Assembly: GCA_963817465.1 (NCBI GenBank)
Contig: CAWFOP010000009.1
Span: 93,920 to 157,919, forward strand
Reading direction: 5' to 3'
Source of the DNA: an uncultured Acidobacteriota bacterium
GTDB lineage: Bacteria; Acidobacteriota; Terriglobia; Bryobacterales; UBA6623
Length of the DNA: 64,000 bases
Part shown: piece by piece, positions 46,398 through 58,026 of the stretch
How positions within the stretch are numbered: position 1 is the stretch's first letter
How the letters are laid out: each line of letters starts with the position of its first letter
The notes under the pieces: model-generated
What the model was told of the DNA's origin: nothing
The model's database searches: none
The model's input: the letters and a program-made list of their open reading frames with translations, nothing else
Made by a program: the position numbers and the translations under genes

Positions 46398-47045
46398 ATG
46401 CCCATGCCGCGTCGCTGCTTATTTCTACTGTTCGTTCTCGCGCTCTCGCTCGCCGCACAAGAGTCCGACCGCTGGGAGCCCGATATGCAAGCCTTCGAGA
46501 AGGCCGACAAGGCGGACCCTCCTCCCAAGGGCGGCCTGGTGTTCATCGGCAGCTCGAGCATTCGCAAGTGGGACTTGGCGAAGTCGTTCCCGGACCTTCA
46601 CGCCGTCAATCGCGGCTTCGGCGGCTCGCAGATCTCGGATTCCATCCGCTACGCCGACCGCATCCTGATTCCCCTGAAGCCGAAAACGGTGGTGCTGTAC
46701 GCCGGCGACAACGACATCGCCGCGGGCAAGAGCGTGGATGAGGTGGTCGCCGATTTCAAGACTTTCGTCGCGAAGGTGCACGGCGCTCTGCCGCAGACGC
46801 GAATCCTGTTTATTGCCATCAAGCCGAGCCTGAAGCGCTGGAACCTTGTCGATCAGATGCGCGACGCGAACAGTCGCATACAGAAGATTTGCGAGAACGC
46901 CGGCTATCTGCAGTTCATCGACATCGATGGGGCCATGCTAGGGCCGGACGGCAAGCCGCGGCCCGAACTGTTCGTCGAGGACGGTCTGCACATGACCGGC
47001 CTGGGCTACGCCATCTGGACGCAGAAGCTCAAGCCGTACCTGTAG
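46398..47045 (+). CDS. SGNH/GDSL-family esterase (secreted; PAF-acetylhydrolase / sialate O-acetylesterase-like)
   Basis: ORF 46314..47045(+), trimmed to ATG 46398 (or 46404), giving signal peptide 'MPMPRRCLFLLFVLALSLAAQ'. 'LVFIGSSSIRKW', 'NRGFGGS', 'LYAGDNDI', 'EDGLHMT'. Confidence 0.8.
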   Translation: MPMPRRCLFLLFVLALSLAAQESDRWEPDMQAFEKADKADPPPKGGLVFIGSSSIRKWDLAKSFPDLHAVNRGFGGSQISDSIRYADRILIPLKPKTVVLYAGDNDIAAGKSVDEVVADFKTFVAKVHGALPQTRILFIAIKPSLKRWNLVDQMRDANSRIQKICENAGYLQFIDIDGAMLGPDGKPRPELFVEDGLHMTGLGYAIWTQKLKPYL

Positions 47046-47165
47046 GCTCGGTAACCTCACGTGTGAAAGCGCTCCGCGATCATCGCGCTAGGTGCCGGCG
47101 GGCGGCTACACCGTCTTGGGGCGAATCGGACGTGCTTGGCCCCTGTCTCAAGCTGGCCCGCAGGT

Positions 47166-47191
47166 CTGTCTCGCCCGACAACGCGAGACAG
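47166..47191. repeat. Perfect 9-bp inverted repeat (ctgtctcgc / gcgagacag) with 8-nt spacer
   Basis: Read directly in the 47046-47284 intergenic region. No T-tract follows. Function unknown (operator or RNA hairpin). Confidence 0.6.
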
Positions 47192-47284
47192 CCGACCGGC
47201 GGTTGTGGAATCGTTTAACAAGAGCGGAATCAAGCGCTTACAAGGCGACGACGCATTGGCGATGCATTTGCTCTCCTCGTCGGC

Positions 47285-47674
47285 ATGCGTCGATCCAGCG
47301 TTGTCCTCGTCAGCGGCCGTCCCGAGCTCATCGACAAGCTCCAGGCCGCTCTCGATCCGGTGTTTGATCTGGTCGTGATGGTGGCCCACCCGCCTTCGGT
47401 GCTCTCAGTTGTTGGGGCCGTAGCTCCGGCGGCTGTCGTCGTCGATCGCTCCGCTCACGGACTGGCGATAGAGGACACCTTGAGGCTCCTGCAGCAGGAG
47501 GAGCCGCTCCAAAAGATACTCCTGCTCGACGACCGTCCCCGGCGGCCGGATTGGGATGATCTGGCGGATCAGTTCGACGTGCTCTCGGTCGACAGCGCGT
47601 CGCTGATGCCCGACTTGTTGTTTGAATTGCGTCGCTCGATCGCCTACGGCGGCGGGTCCTGGCGCGTACACTAG
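47285..47674 (+). CDS. Hypothetical protein, possibly a degenerate receiver(CheY)-like fold
   Basis: 129-aa ORF with an alternating beta/alpha-like pattern ('VVLVSGRPELIDKL...FDLVVMV...AAVVVDRS...KILLLDD'). It lacks the canonical N-terminal acidic pair. Coding status rests on plausible composition only. Confidence 0.4.
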   Translation: MRRSSVVLVSGRPELIDKLQAALDPVFDLVVMVAHPPSVLSVVGAVAPAAVVVDRSAHGLAIEDTLRLLQQEEPLQKILLLDDRPRRPDWDDLADQFDVLSVDSASLMPDLLFELRRSIAYGGGSWRVH

Positions 47675-47769
47675 CCGCGGCTGTTGCGGCGGCGGGCGGC
47701 GGCGGCAAACCGCTCCTACAGAGCCGCGGCTCAAGCTGTCGCGGTCATCGTCGCCGAGGCTTCCTGAGC

Positions 47770-48249
47770 CTAGTCGTCCTCGGTTTCGAGCTGCTGCGCC
47801 AGATATAAGCCGATCCCGATGTCGGCGATCGCTTGCAACTGCGCCTCGAGCCAGTCGACGTGCTCTTCTTCGTCGGTCAGAATCTCTTCGAACATCTCTC
47901 GCGAACCGTTGTCGCCAGCCGCGACGGCGTCGGCGATGGCGGCGTTGAGCTGCTGCACCGCTTCGTATTCCAAAGCTAGGTCGGCGTCGAGCTGCGTTTT
48001 CACGTCCTGGCCGATCGTGAGCGGCTTGAGCTCGCCCATGCTCGGGACGCCGTCGAGAAACAGGATCCGCTCGATCAGCTTCTCGGCGTGTTTCATTTCG
48101 CCGATTGACTGTTTTTTCACGTACTCGGCGAGCTTCTTGTATCCCCAGTTCTCTTCCATCTCGGCGTGGACGAAATACTGATGGATTGCGGTGAACTCGG
48201 CGACTAGAGTCTCGTTGAGACGGTCGATGACGGTTTGGTTGCCTTTCAT
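47770..48249 (-). CDS. bfr: Bacterioferritin
   Basis: ORF 47770..48261(-), trimmed to ATG 48249 ('MKGNQTVIDRLNETLVAEFTAIHQYFVHA'). 'EMKHAEKLIERILFLDG', 'EEEHVDWLE'. Confidence 0.92.
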   Translation of the reverse strand: MKGNQTVIDRLNETLVAEFTAIHQYFVHAEMEENWGYKKLAEYVKKQSIGEMKHAEKLIERILFLDGVPSMGELKPLTIGQDVKTQLDADLALEYEAVQQLNAAIADAVAAGDNGSREMFEEILTDEEEHVDWLEAQLQAIADIGIGLYLAQQLETEDD

Positions 48250-48309
48250 GCGAGGCTTCATTGTAAACCCGCACGCGACGGTCGTGTTATCTTGCTTCTC
48301 CGAAGCGTA

Positions 48310-50046
48310 ATGCGAAAATCCACCGTTGTCCTGACCCTCTTTGTCGCCTGGCTGGCCGGGTGCTCATCGTCCGAGCCTGAAGCTCCCGCCCGTCCCCCGA
48401 ACATCATCCTGCTGATGACCGACGACCAGGGCTACGGCGACATCGGCGCCCACGGCAATACGATGATTCACACGCCGAACATCGACAAGCTGCACGACGA
48501 GAGCGTCCGCCTCACCAACTATCACGTCGACCCCACCTGCGCGCCGACGCGCTCTGCTCTGATGACCGGGCGCTATTCGAGCCGCACCGGCGTTTGGCAC
48601 ACCATCATGGGCCGCTCGATCGTCGCCGCCGACGAAGTCATGATGCCCGCGATGCTGGCGAAAGCGGGTTACGCGACCGGCCAGTTCGGCAAGTGGCATC
48701 TGGGCGACAACTACCCCTTCCGCCCCGAAGATCGCGGCTTCCAAGAGGTTGTCCGGCTCGGGGGCGGCGGCGTGCAGCAGACGCCCGACTACTGGGGCAA
48801 CGACTATTTCGACGACACCTATTGGCATAACTCGGTTCCGCAGCACTATGACGGCTACTGCACGGACGTCTTCTTTCGCGAGGCGCTGCGCTTCATCGAA
48901 GAAAACAAGGACAAGCCCTTTTTCACGTACCTGCCGACCAACGCGCCCCACGGGCCCTACAACGTCGACGAGAAGTACTGGAAGCCGTACGCGGATAAAG
49001 GCGTGCCCGAGCAGATGGCGCACTTCTACGGCATGATCGAGAACATCGACGAGAACCTAGGCCGTCTGCGGACGCAGCTCGACGAGTGGGGCATCGCGGA
49101 CAACACGATCCTGATCTTCGCCACCGACAACGGCAGCGCCGCGGGGGTCGACGGCGACGGTCACCCTTACGCCGACACGGCCTGGGGCGGCTTCAACGCC
49201 GGCATGCGCGGCCGCAAAGGTTCCGAATATGACGGCGGCCACCGCGTGCCGTTTTTCATCTACTGGCCCAACGGCGACCTGGGACAGCCGCGGGACATCG
49301 ACACGCTCACCGCGCACATCGACGTCTTGCCGACGCTGCTCGATTTCGCGGGTGCGCCGCCGGCGAAAGACATCGACGGCAAGTCTCTCGCGCCCCTGCT
49401 GCGCGGCCAGGGCGAGTGGCCCGACCGCACATTGACCGTCCATTCCCAGCGCATCGAGTGGCCCGAGAAGTGGCGCAAGAGCGCCGTCATGACCCAGCAG
49501 TGGCGCTTGGTCAACGGCAAAGAGCTTTACGACATGAGCAGCGACTCCGGCGAGGAGCATGATGTCTCCGGCGACCAGCCGCAGGTCGTCGACGGGCTGC
49601 GCAACGCCTACGAGCAGTGGTGGGAACACATCAACGATCGCTTCGAGGACTACGTCGACATTCCGGTCGGAACCAAAGGCGAAAACCCGACGCGCCTGTC
49701 GGCCCACGATTGGCATCCCGACCCGCCGACCGACGACGTGCCGTGGAATCAGCCGGCCATCATGAAGAATCCGAAGACGAACGGCTACTGGATGATCGAA
49801 GTCCCCGAAGCAGGCCGCTACCGCTTCGAGCTCTATCAGTGGGACAAGCCCGCCGAGAAGAAACTCGATGCGACAACCGCAAGCGTCAAGGTCGGCGACG
49901 CCGAGGCCACGGCCAAGGTCGAGCGTGGCGCGACATCGGTTCCAATCGAGCTGGACTTGCCCGCGGGCGAAGCCAAGCTCGAGACCCGGCTCAAGGGCCC
50001 TAGCGGCGAACGCGGCGCGTTTTACGTCTATGTAACCAGGCTGTAG
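48310..50046 (+). CDS. Arylsulfatase-family sulfatase, lipoprotein
   Basis: ORF 48235..50046(+), trimmed to ATG 48310 ('MRKSTVVLTLFVAWLAGCSS' contains a lipobox). 'IILLMTDDQGYGD', formylglycine motif 'CAPTRSALMTGR', 'GKWHLG'. Confidence 0.9.
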   Translation: MRKSTVVLTLFVAWLAGCSSSEPEAPARPPNIILLMTDDQGYGDIGAHGNTMIHTPNIDKLHDESVRLTNYHVDPTCAPTRSALMTGRYSSRTGVWHTIMGRSIVAADEVMMPAMLAKAGYATGQFGKWHLGDNYPFRPEDRGFQEVVRLGGGGVQQTPDYWGNDYFDDTYWHNSVPQHYDGYCTDVFFREALRFIEENKDKPFFTYLPTNAPHGPYNVDEKYWKPYADKGVPEQMAHFYGMIENIDENLGRLRTQLDEWGIADNTILIFATDNGSAAGVDGDGHPYADTAWGGFNAGMRGRKGSEYDGGHRVPFFIYWPNGDLGQPRDIDTLTAHIDVLPTLLDFAGAPPAKDIDGKSLAPLLRGQGEWPDRTLTVHSQRIEWPEKWRKSAVMTQQWRLVNGKELYDMSSDSGEEHDVSGDQPQVVDGLRNAYEQWWEHINDRFEDYVDIPVGTKGENPTRLSAHDWHPDPPTDDVPWNQPAIMKNPKTNGYWMIEVPEAGRYRFELYQWDKPAEKKLDATTASVKVGDAEATAKVERGATSVPIELDLPAGEAKLETRLKGPSGERGAFYVYVTRL

Positions 50047-50059
50047 CGCACCAACGTCG

Positions 50060-50563
50060 CTACTCGTTTCGCCGTTTGTATTGCTCGTCGCTGACGTGCT
50101 CCATCCAGTCGGCCGACTTGCCGTCGAGCTTCTCCACGATGGCGATATGGGTCATCGCTGTCGTGGCCGTCGCCCCGTGCCAGTGCTTCTCGTCCGGCGC
50201 AAACCAGACCACGTCGCCGGGCCGGACTTCCTCGACCGGTCCGCCCCATCGCTGCACCCAGCCGCAGCCGGCCGTCACGATCAAGGTCTGGCCGAGCGGG
50301 TGCGTGTGCCACGCCGTGCGAGCGCCGGGCTCAAAGGTGACGCTTGCGCTGAACAGGAGCGCCGGCGCGGCGGCCTCGTGTAGCGGGTCAATACGCACCG
50401 CGCCGGTGAAATACTCCTCCGGCCCTTGTTGGGAAGGCTGCGAACCGCTTCTCTTGATCTCCATCCCTATGATCCTCTTCTTGGGGTTTTCGGCCGCGAC
50501 GGACGCGCGGGCGCTGAAGGACATGCCTCCAAGCGCGGCCGCCACGAAGTCTCGTCTCTCCAT
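50060..50563 (-). CDS. Cupin-domain protein with Tat-like signal
   Basis: 167-aa ORF. '[20 protein letters not shown]'. Cupin motifs '[15 protein letters not shown]' and '[16 protein letters not shown]'. Confidence 0.8.
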   Translation of the reverse strand: MERRDFVAAALGGMSFSARASVAAENPKKRIIGMEIKRSGSQPSQQGPEEYFTGAVRIDPLHEAAAPALLFSASVTFEPGARTAWHTHPLGQTLIVTAGCGWVQRWGGPVEEVRPGDVVWFAPDEKHWHGATATTAMTHIAIVEKLDGKSADWMEHVSDEQYKRRNE

Positions 50564-50581
50564 GAACGCCGCTCCTAGGCC

Positions 50582-51467
<886 letters not shown>

Positions 51468-51489
51468 AAGCCGCGCTACACTGGCTCGC

Positions 51490-52968
51490 ATGCCTTACGT
51501 GTTGGCCTTCGACGAGGGGACGACCAGCGCTCGCACGCTCGTTTTCGACCAAGAAGCGAAAATAGTCGCCTCCGACCAAGTTCCGGTCCAGTGCCGTTAC
51601 CCCAAAGACGGCTGGGTGGAGCAGGACCCGCGCCAGGTGTGGGAAGCGCAACTCACGACGGCGCAGCGCGCGATCAAGAAGTCCAACGTCGCTCTAAGCG
51701 AAATCAAGGCCATCGGCATCACGAATCAACGCGAAACCGTCGTCATTTGGGATCGCAAGACGGGGCACCCGATCGGGCCGGCAATCGTGTGGCAGTGTCG
51801 CCGCACGGCGGAAATCTGCCGCCATCTGACAGCGGAGAAGCACGGCAAGGCCGTCACCGAGCACACCGGGCTCGTCATCGACCCTTACTTCTCCGGTACG
51901 AAGATCGGCTGGGTCCTCGACCACATCTCCAACGGCCGCGAACGCGCACAAGCGGGCGACTTGGCCTTCGGCACGGTCGACTCCTGGCTGATCTGGAACT
52001 TGACGGGCGGCCGCGAACACGTCATCGACATCACCAATGCGTCGCGGACGCTGTTGATGAATCTGTCGAAGGGAGACTGGGACCTCGACATGCTCGACTT
52101 GTTCGGCGTGCCCGAGGCGATGCTGCCGCGGATCGTGCCGTCGTCGGGCGTCGTCGCCCACACCGATCCCTCGTTGTTCGGCGCGGAGATTCCCATCGCC
52201 GGCATCGCCGGCGACCAGCAGGCGGCCCTATTCGGCCAAGCGTGCTTTCGCGAGGGATTGTCGAAAAACACTTACGGCACCGGCTGCTTCCTGCTGCTCA
52301 ACACCGGAACGGAGCGCCCGACCTCGAAGAACGGGCTGCTCTCGACGGCCGCGGCCTCGCCGGACGCCGACCAGCGCTACGCACTCGAGGGCAGCATCTT
52401 CATCGGCGGGGCCGTCATCCAGTGGCTGCGCGACGGTTTGAAGCTAATCGACAGCGCCGCCGACAGCGATCGCTTAGCGCGTTCGGTCGACGACACGGCG
52501 GGCGTATTCCTGGTGCCGGCGTTCGTCGGCCTTGGCGCGCCCTACTGGGACGCCCATGCCCGCGGCGTCATGACGGGTCTCACCCGCGGGGCAAGCCGCG
52601 AGCACATCGTCCGCGCGGCGCTCGAGTCGATCGCCTTTCAGACGCGCGAGCTCGTCGACGCCATGCAGTCCGACTCGGGCGATCAGCTCACCGAGCTGCG
52701 CGCGGACGGCGGCGCGGCGGCGAATGACTTCCTGATGCAATTTCAGGCCGACATCCTCGGTAAGCCCGTCATTCGTCCCGACAATCTCGAGACGACGGCA
52801 TTGGGCGCCGCCTTTTTGGCCGGTCTCGCGACCAAGGTCTGGAGCGGGACCGACGAGCTCGAAAGCTTCTGGAAAGCCGACCAAATCTTCGAACCGAAGA
52901 TGCCGGCCGAACGGCGCGAAGAACTGATGGCGGGTTGGAAAAAGGCCGTTGAAAAAGCGCGCCTATAG
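51490..52968 (+). CDS. glpK: Glycerol kinase
   Basis: ORF 51316..52968(+), trimmed to ATG 51490 ('MPYVLAFDEGTTSART'). 'GITNQRETVVIWD', 'IDPYFSGTKIGW', 'AGDQQAALFGQ', 'RADGGAAAN'. Confidence 0.95.
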   Translation: MPYVLAFDEGTTSARTLVFDQEAKIVASDQVPVQCRYPKDGWVEQDPRQVWEAQLTTAQRAIKKSNVALSEIKAIGITNQRETVVIWDRKTGHPIGPAIVWQCRRTAEICRHLTAEKHGKAVTEHTGLVIDPYFSGTKIGWVLDHISNGRERAQAGDLAFGTVDSWLIWNLTGGREHVIDITNASRTLLMNLSKGDWDLDMLDLFGVPEAMLPRIVPSSGVVAHTDPSLFGAEIPIAGIAGDQQAALFGQACFREGLSKNTYGTGCFLLLNTGTERPTSKNGLLSTAAASPDADQRYALEGSIFIGGAVIQWLRDGLKLIDSAADSDRLARSVDDTAGVFLVPAFVGLGAPYWDAHARGVMTGLTRGASREHIVRAALESIAFQTRELVDAMQSDSGDQLTELRADGGAAANDFLMQFQADILGKPVIRPDNLETTALGAAFLAGLATKVWSGTDELESFWKADQIFEPKMPAERREELMAGWKKAVEKARL

Positions 52969-53047
52969 AATGGACCGGGACAGACGGGGAATCGCCTGAT
53001 AACCTTGTGGAACGGTTCTTGATTCCCCAGCGGGAGGGGTTCGAACG

Positions 53048-54097
53048 ATGACGCTTGCAAAATCCATTCGCATCACGGCGCTCGCGGCGGCGGTTCTGGC
53101 TTTGGGAGCGGCCGTTTCGGCTGACCGGAGCCTCGGCGCCGATGCGCGCGTCGGACTGACCAAGTCCGCCGCACAGGACCCGATCTCCGGACCGGTGCTC
53201 GGCTACGTGTTCGATGCGAACGCCGCGTCATTGCGGCCGCTGCTCGGCATTCCCGGCGCTTCGCACGTCGGAGGCGCTTTAGCTCTGCCCTTCACGTTGA
53301 GCGTCGCGGCGGTTTCGCCGACACAGAGCTTTGCGCTCGGCACGGCGGTCGGTACCGGCGCGCTCGTCCTCGTCGATCTCCGCGGCCCCGCGCCCCAGGG
53401 GAGCTTCGTGGCGAAGGCGCTCGGCGGAGCGGATCGCATCGTGTTTTCGCCGCGCGGAGAATTCGCCGGCGCCTACGATCGCGAGTCCAAGACCGTGCAG
53501 GTGTTGACCGGCTTCGGCGATGAAGCTCATGTCGTGGCGACGGTGCGGCTCGATGCGTTGCCGGGGGTGCTCACTGCGTTCGCCGTCAGCGACGACGGCG
53601 AGACGGTGCTGGCCGCTGCGTCCACGCGCGCGGGCGGTCAAGTGTTCGCGCTTGGTCACGACAGCGCGGCCAGATCCGTCGCGTCGATCGGCCGCGCCCT
53701 GGATGTCGTCTTCTTTCCGGGCTCCAACGACGCTCTCATCGCTGACGTCGATCGGCGCGAGGCGATCAAGCTGTCCGACGTAAGCGGGTCGGCGACGGTG
53801 ACCGTACTGGCTTCGCGCCAGGACGGGCTCGAGGCTCCGGTGGCGGTGGCCGCCACCGACGACGGCCAGGCGTTGGTCGCCGACAAGAGTCGCGCCGCGC
53901 TGATCCCGGCCGGCGGCGGCGCCGCGCGCTTCGTCGACTGCGACTGCCGGGCGCGGACGCTGACGCGCTTGGCCGGAGATTCCATGTTCCGGCTGACCGA
54001 CGATCTGACCGCTCCGATCTCGGTGCTCGACGCCGGACGGCTGGCTACAACCGCCGGCGATCCGCGCGTGATGTTCGTACCAGCCCTGGCCGAATAA
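53048..54097 (+). CDS. Secreted hypothetical protein (repetitive beta-rich, possibly beta-propeller-like)
   Basis: 349-aa ORF with signal peptide 'MTLAKSIRITALAAAVLALGAAVSA'. Recurrent '...AVS.DG...' type strands. No catalytic motif recognised. Confidence 0.6.
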   Translation: MTLAKSIRITALAAAVLALGAAVSADRSLGADARVGLTKSAAQDPISGPVLGYVFDANAASLRPLLGIPGASHVGGALALPFTLSVAAVSPTQSFALGTAVGTGALVLVDLRGPAPQGSFVAKALGGADRIVFSPRGEFAGAYDRESKTVQVLTGFGDEAHVVATVRLDALPGVLTAFAVSDDGETVLAAASTRAGGQVFALGHDSAARSVASIGRALDVVFFPGSNDALIADVDRREAIKLSDVSGSATVTVLASRQDGLEAPVAVAATDDGQALVADKSRAALIPAGGGAARFVDCDCRARTLTRLAGDSMFRLTDDLTAPISVLDAGRLATTAGDPRVMFVPALAE

Positions 54098-54147
54098 CCG
54101 CCCGAGTTGACGGCCCGACCGCAGTCTTGATAAGACAAGCGGTCGCA

Positions 54148-54471
54148 ATGGCTAACTACGACTATCACGAGCTCAAACACACGAAGGTTTCCGATCTTCG
54201 CGACATCGCATCGAAGCTGGAGCCGCCGATCCAAGGCTACTCCCAGCTCAACAAGGATCAGTTGCTCCAAGCGATCTGCGATCAGCTTGGGATCGACATG
54301 CACGGACACCATGAGGTGAAGGGCATAGACAAAGAGCCGATCAAAAAGCAGATTCGCGAGCTGAAGAAATCGCGCGACGAGGCCGAGGCGGCGCACGACA
54401 GCAAGCGGCTGAAGGAAATTCGCCGCCGCATGCACGGGCTGAAGCGCACCTTGCGGCGCTCGATGGCCTAG
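54148..54471 (+). CDS. Small basic protein with Rho-N/SAP-like N-terminal motif
   Basis: ORF 54127..54471(+), trimmed to ATG 54148. 'LKHTKVSDLRDIASKLEPPIQGYSQLNKDQLLQAI' resembles the Rho termination factor N-terminal (SAP-like) motif. Lys/Arg-rich helical tail. Confidence 0.6.
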   Translation: MANYDYHELKHTKVSDLRDIASKLEPPIQGYSQLNKDQLLQAICDQLGIDMHGHHEVKGIDKEPIKKQIRELKKSRDEAEAAHDSKRLKEIRRRMHGLKRTLRRSMA

Positions 54472-54635
54472 AGGCTTGACAAGGCGAGGGCAACCGCTGC
54501 GCCCCAGCGACGACAACCGCAAAGCTCGAGCCCCTTCGGGGGCCGGCGGAGAGCCGCGAGCGTTCGCAAGGGACCGCTTCGCGGCGCGGGCGGTTCAGGA
54601 TTCGCGGTTGTCTTCGAATCAACGGCAAAATTCAC

Positions 54636-55256
54636 ATGCTCAAGGTCGGACTCACCGGCGGACTCGCCAGCGGCAAGACATTCGTTTCGCGCTGCTTCGA
54701 GGACCTAGGCGCACACGTCGTCCGCGCTGACAAGCTGGGGCAAGAGACGCTTACACCCGAGGGCGAAGCCTACAGCGATGTAGTCCGCGAGTTCGGCAAA
54801 GGCATCCTGACGCCGGACGGCGCGATCGACCGTAAGGCGCTGGGCCGCATCGTGTTCGCCGATCCGGCGAAGCTGGCGCGGCTGAACGCGCTGATCCATC
54901 CGCATGTGTTTCGCCGCGAACAGGAGTTGCTGCAGCAGATCGAGCAAGAAGATCCGCGTGCGGTGGCCGTGGTCGAGGCGGCGATCATGATCGAGGCGGG
55001 CAGTTCGGTCGGTTACGACCGCATCGTGCTGGCCTACTGCTCGCCGGAGCTGCAGATCGCGCGGTTCATCGAGCGCGCGGAGGCGGCCGGCGAGACGGCG
55101 ACGCGCGAAGAGGCGCTGGCTCGCATGGCGCGGCAGATGCCGCTCGAGGAGAAGCGCCGCTTCGCCGATTACCTTATCGACACGTCCGGCTCGATGGAGC
55201 AGACCCGCCGCCGGGCGGCCGAAGTTTACGTAAAGTTAAAAGAAGAGGCCGAATGA
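54636..55256 (+). CDS. coaE: Dephospho-CoA kinase
   Basis: 206-aa ORF. 'KVGLTGGLASGKT', 'ADKLGQE', 'IDRKALGRIVF', 'HPHV'. Confidence 0.9.
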   Translation: MLKVGLTGGLASGKTFVSRCFEDLGAHVVRADKLGQETLTPEGEAYSDVVREFGKGILTPDGAIDRKALGRIVFADPAKLARLNALIHPHVFRREQELLQQIEQEDPRAVAVVEAAIMIEAGSSVGYDRIVLAYCSPELQIARFIERAEAAGETATREEALARMARQMPLEEKRRFADYLIDTSGSMEQTRRRAAEVYVKLKEEAE

Positions 55257-56398
55257 GAAGTCTGCGTCCTATCCTGCTCGCCCTGTTGTTCGTCGTTGCG
55301 TTTGTTCTGGGGACCACCTCGACCGGCTGGTTCCGCGGCGGCGGCTTTCACTTCGGGCCAGCGGACCCTTTCTGGACCCAGGCCGGCTCGACGACGCTGA
55401 CCTCGGACGAGCATTCGAACATCGACATTTACGAGCGCGCCTCGAAGGCCACGGTCAACATCACCAGCACGGTGCTGCAGCGCGGCTGGTTCTTTGAGGT
55501 GTTTCCCGAGCGCGACTCCGGCTCCGGGTTCATCATCTCCGAGGACGGCCGCATTCTGACGAACCTGCATGTGATCCGGGGCGATGCGGCGCAGATCGAA
55601 GTCTCGTTGCTGGGCGAAAGCGAGGATTCGCGCTATAAGGCCGAAGTGCTGGCGGTGGACGAGATCAACGACTTGGCGTTGATCCAAATCAAAGCCGACC
55701 GCAAGCTGCCGTGGCTGCAGCTCGGCGATTCAGATGACTTGAAGGTCGGCCAGAAGGTGCTGGCGATCGGGAATCCCTTCGGGCTGCAAGGCACGCTGAC
55801 GACGGGCGTCATCAGCTCGGTCGGGCGTTCGATCCGCTCCGACAACGGCATTCTCGAGGACATGATCCAGACCGACGCGGCGATCAATCCGGGCAACTCC
55901 GGCGGACCGCTGCTCGACAGCTCGGGCGCGGTGATCGGCGTCAACACCGCGATCTACGGCTCGCAGGGCAGCATCGGAATCGGCTTCGCGCTGCCTATCA
56001 GCCGGGCGCAGGCGTTGCTCGAATACGTCCGCACGGGCGGTGCGAAAGCCAAGCCGCAGCATCCGGGCTTCACGTCGATCTTCCTCGGCGGACGGCTCGC
56101 GACCGCGCTCAAGCTGCCCCCGGGCGGATTCCTGGTCACGGAGGTCGAGAAAGGATCGGCCGCCGAGGAAGCCGGCCTGCGCGGGGCGACGCGAGAGGTT
56201 CAACTGGGCAACTACGTGATTCCTTGGGGCGGCGACTACATCACCGAGATCGACGGCCGCAAGGTCACCAACCAGCGCTTCCTGCAGCAGGCGCTGGGCC
56301 TCAAGCGCGGCGGCGACTCGGTGAAGCTCAAAGTGATCCGCGAGGGGAACGAGGTTGAGCTCGAGATTCACCTGCGGTCCGATACGATGCGGCTCTAG
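55253..56398 (+). CDS. HtrA/DegP-family serine protease (S1C) with one PDZ domain
   Basis: 381-aa ORF whose ATG overlaps the coaE stop (ATGA). N-terminal TM segment. Triad context 'LTNLHVI', 'NDLALIQ', 'GNSGGPLL'. C-terminal PDZ-like '[20 protein letters not shown]'. Confidence 0.88.
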   Translation: MRSLRPILLALLFVVAFVLGTTSTGWFRGGGFHFGPADPFWTQAGSTTLTSDEHSNIDIYERASKATVNITSTVLQRGWFFEVFPERDSGSGFIISEDGRILTNLHVIRGDAAQIEVSLLGESEDSRYKAEVLAVDEINDLALIQIKADRKLPWLQLGDSDDLKVGQKVLAIGNPFGLQGTLTTGVISSVGRSIRSDNGILEDMIQTDAAINPGNSGGPLLDSSGAVIGVNTAIYGSQGSIGIGFALPISRAQALLEYVRTGGAKAKPQHPGFTSIFLGGRLATALKLPPGGFLVTEVEKGSAAEEAGLRGATREVQLGNYVIPWGGDYITEIDGRKVTNQRFLQQALGLKRGGDSVKLKVIREGNEVELEIHLRSDTMRL

Positions 56399-56409
56399 CG
56401 GCGGGCGGC

Positions 56410-56610
56410 ATGACTCCCCGCTTCGACCCTTCTGTCGGACTGTGTTCGGCGTGCCGTTTCGGGCGCCGCACGGTCAACGATCGAGGGTCGGTCTTTCACC
56501 GCTGCATGCGCTCGGAGACCGACGCGGACTACCCAAAGTACCCGCCGCTGCCAGTGCTCGAATGCCCCGGGTGGGAGCGCCCGGATCTCGCTTCCGGTCA
56601 GGGCGGCTGA
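56410..56610 (+). CDS. Small Cys-rich conserved hypothetical protein (66 aa)
   Basis: ORF '[56 protein letters not shown]...' has four Cys (CxxC ... C ... C). It is tightly packed between htrA (stop 56398) and fumC (ATG 56628). Confidence 0.55.
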   Translation: MTPRFDPSVGLCSACRFGRRTVNDRGSVFHRCMRSETDADYPKYPPLPVLECPGWERPDLASGQGG

Positions 56611-56627
56611 GCTACGCTATTGGTCTT

Positions 56628-58017
<1,390 letters not shown>

Positions 58018-58026
58018 CGTCTCAGG

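Noticed and set aside
47405-48274. 289-aa minus-strand ORF spanning the bfr region
   Set aside because: It is out of frame with the clear bacterioferritin ORF (47770..48249) and extremely Arg-rich, so it is a shadow frame.
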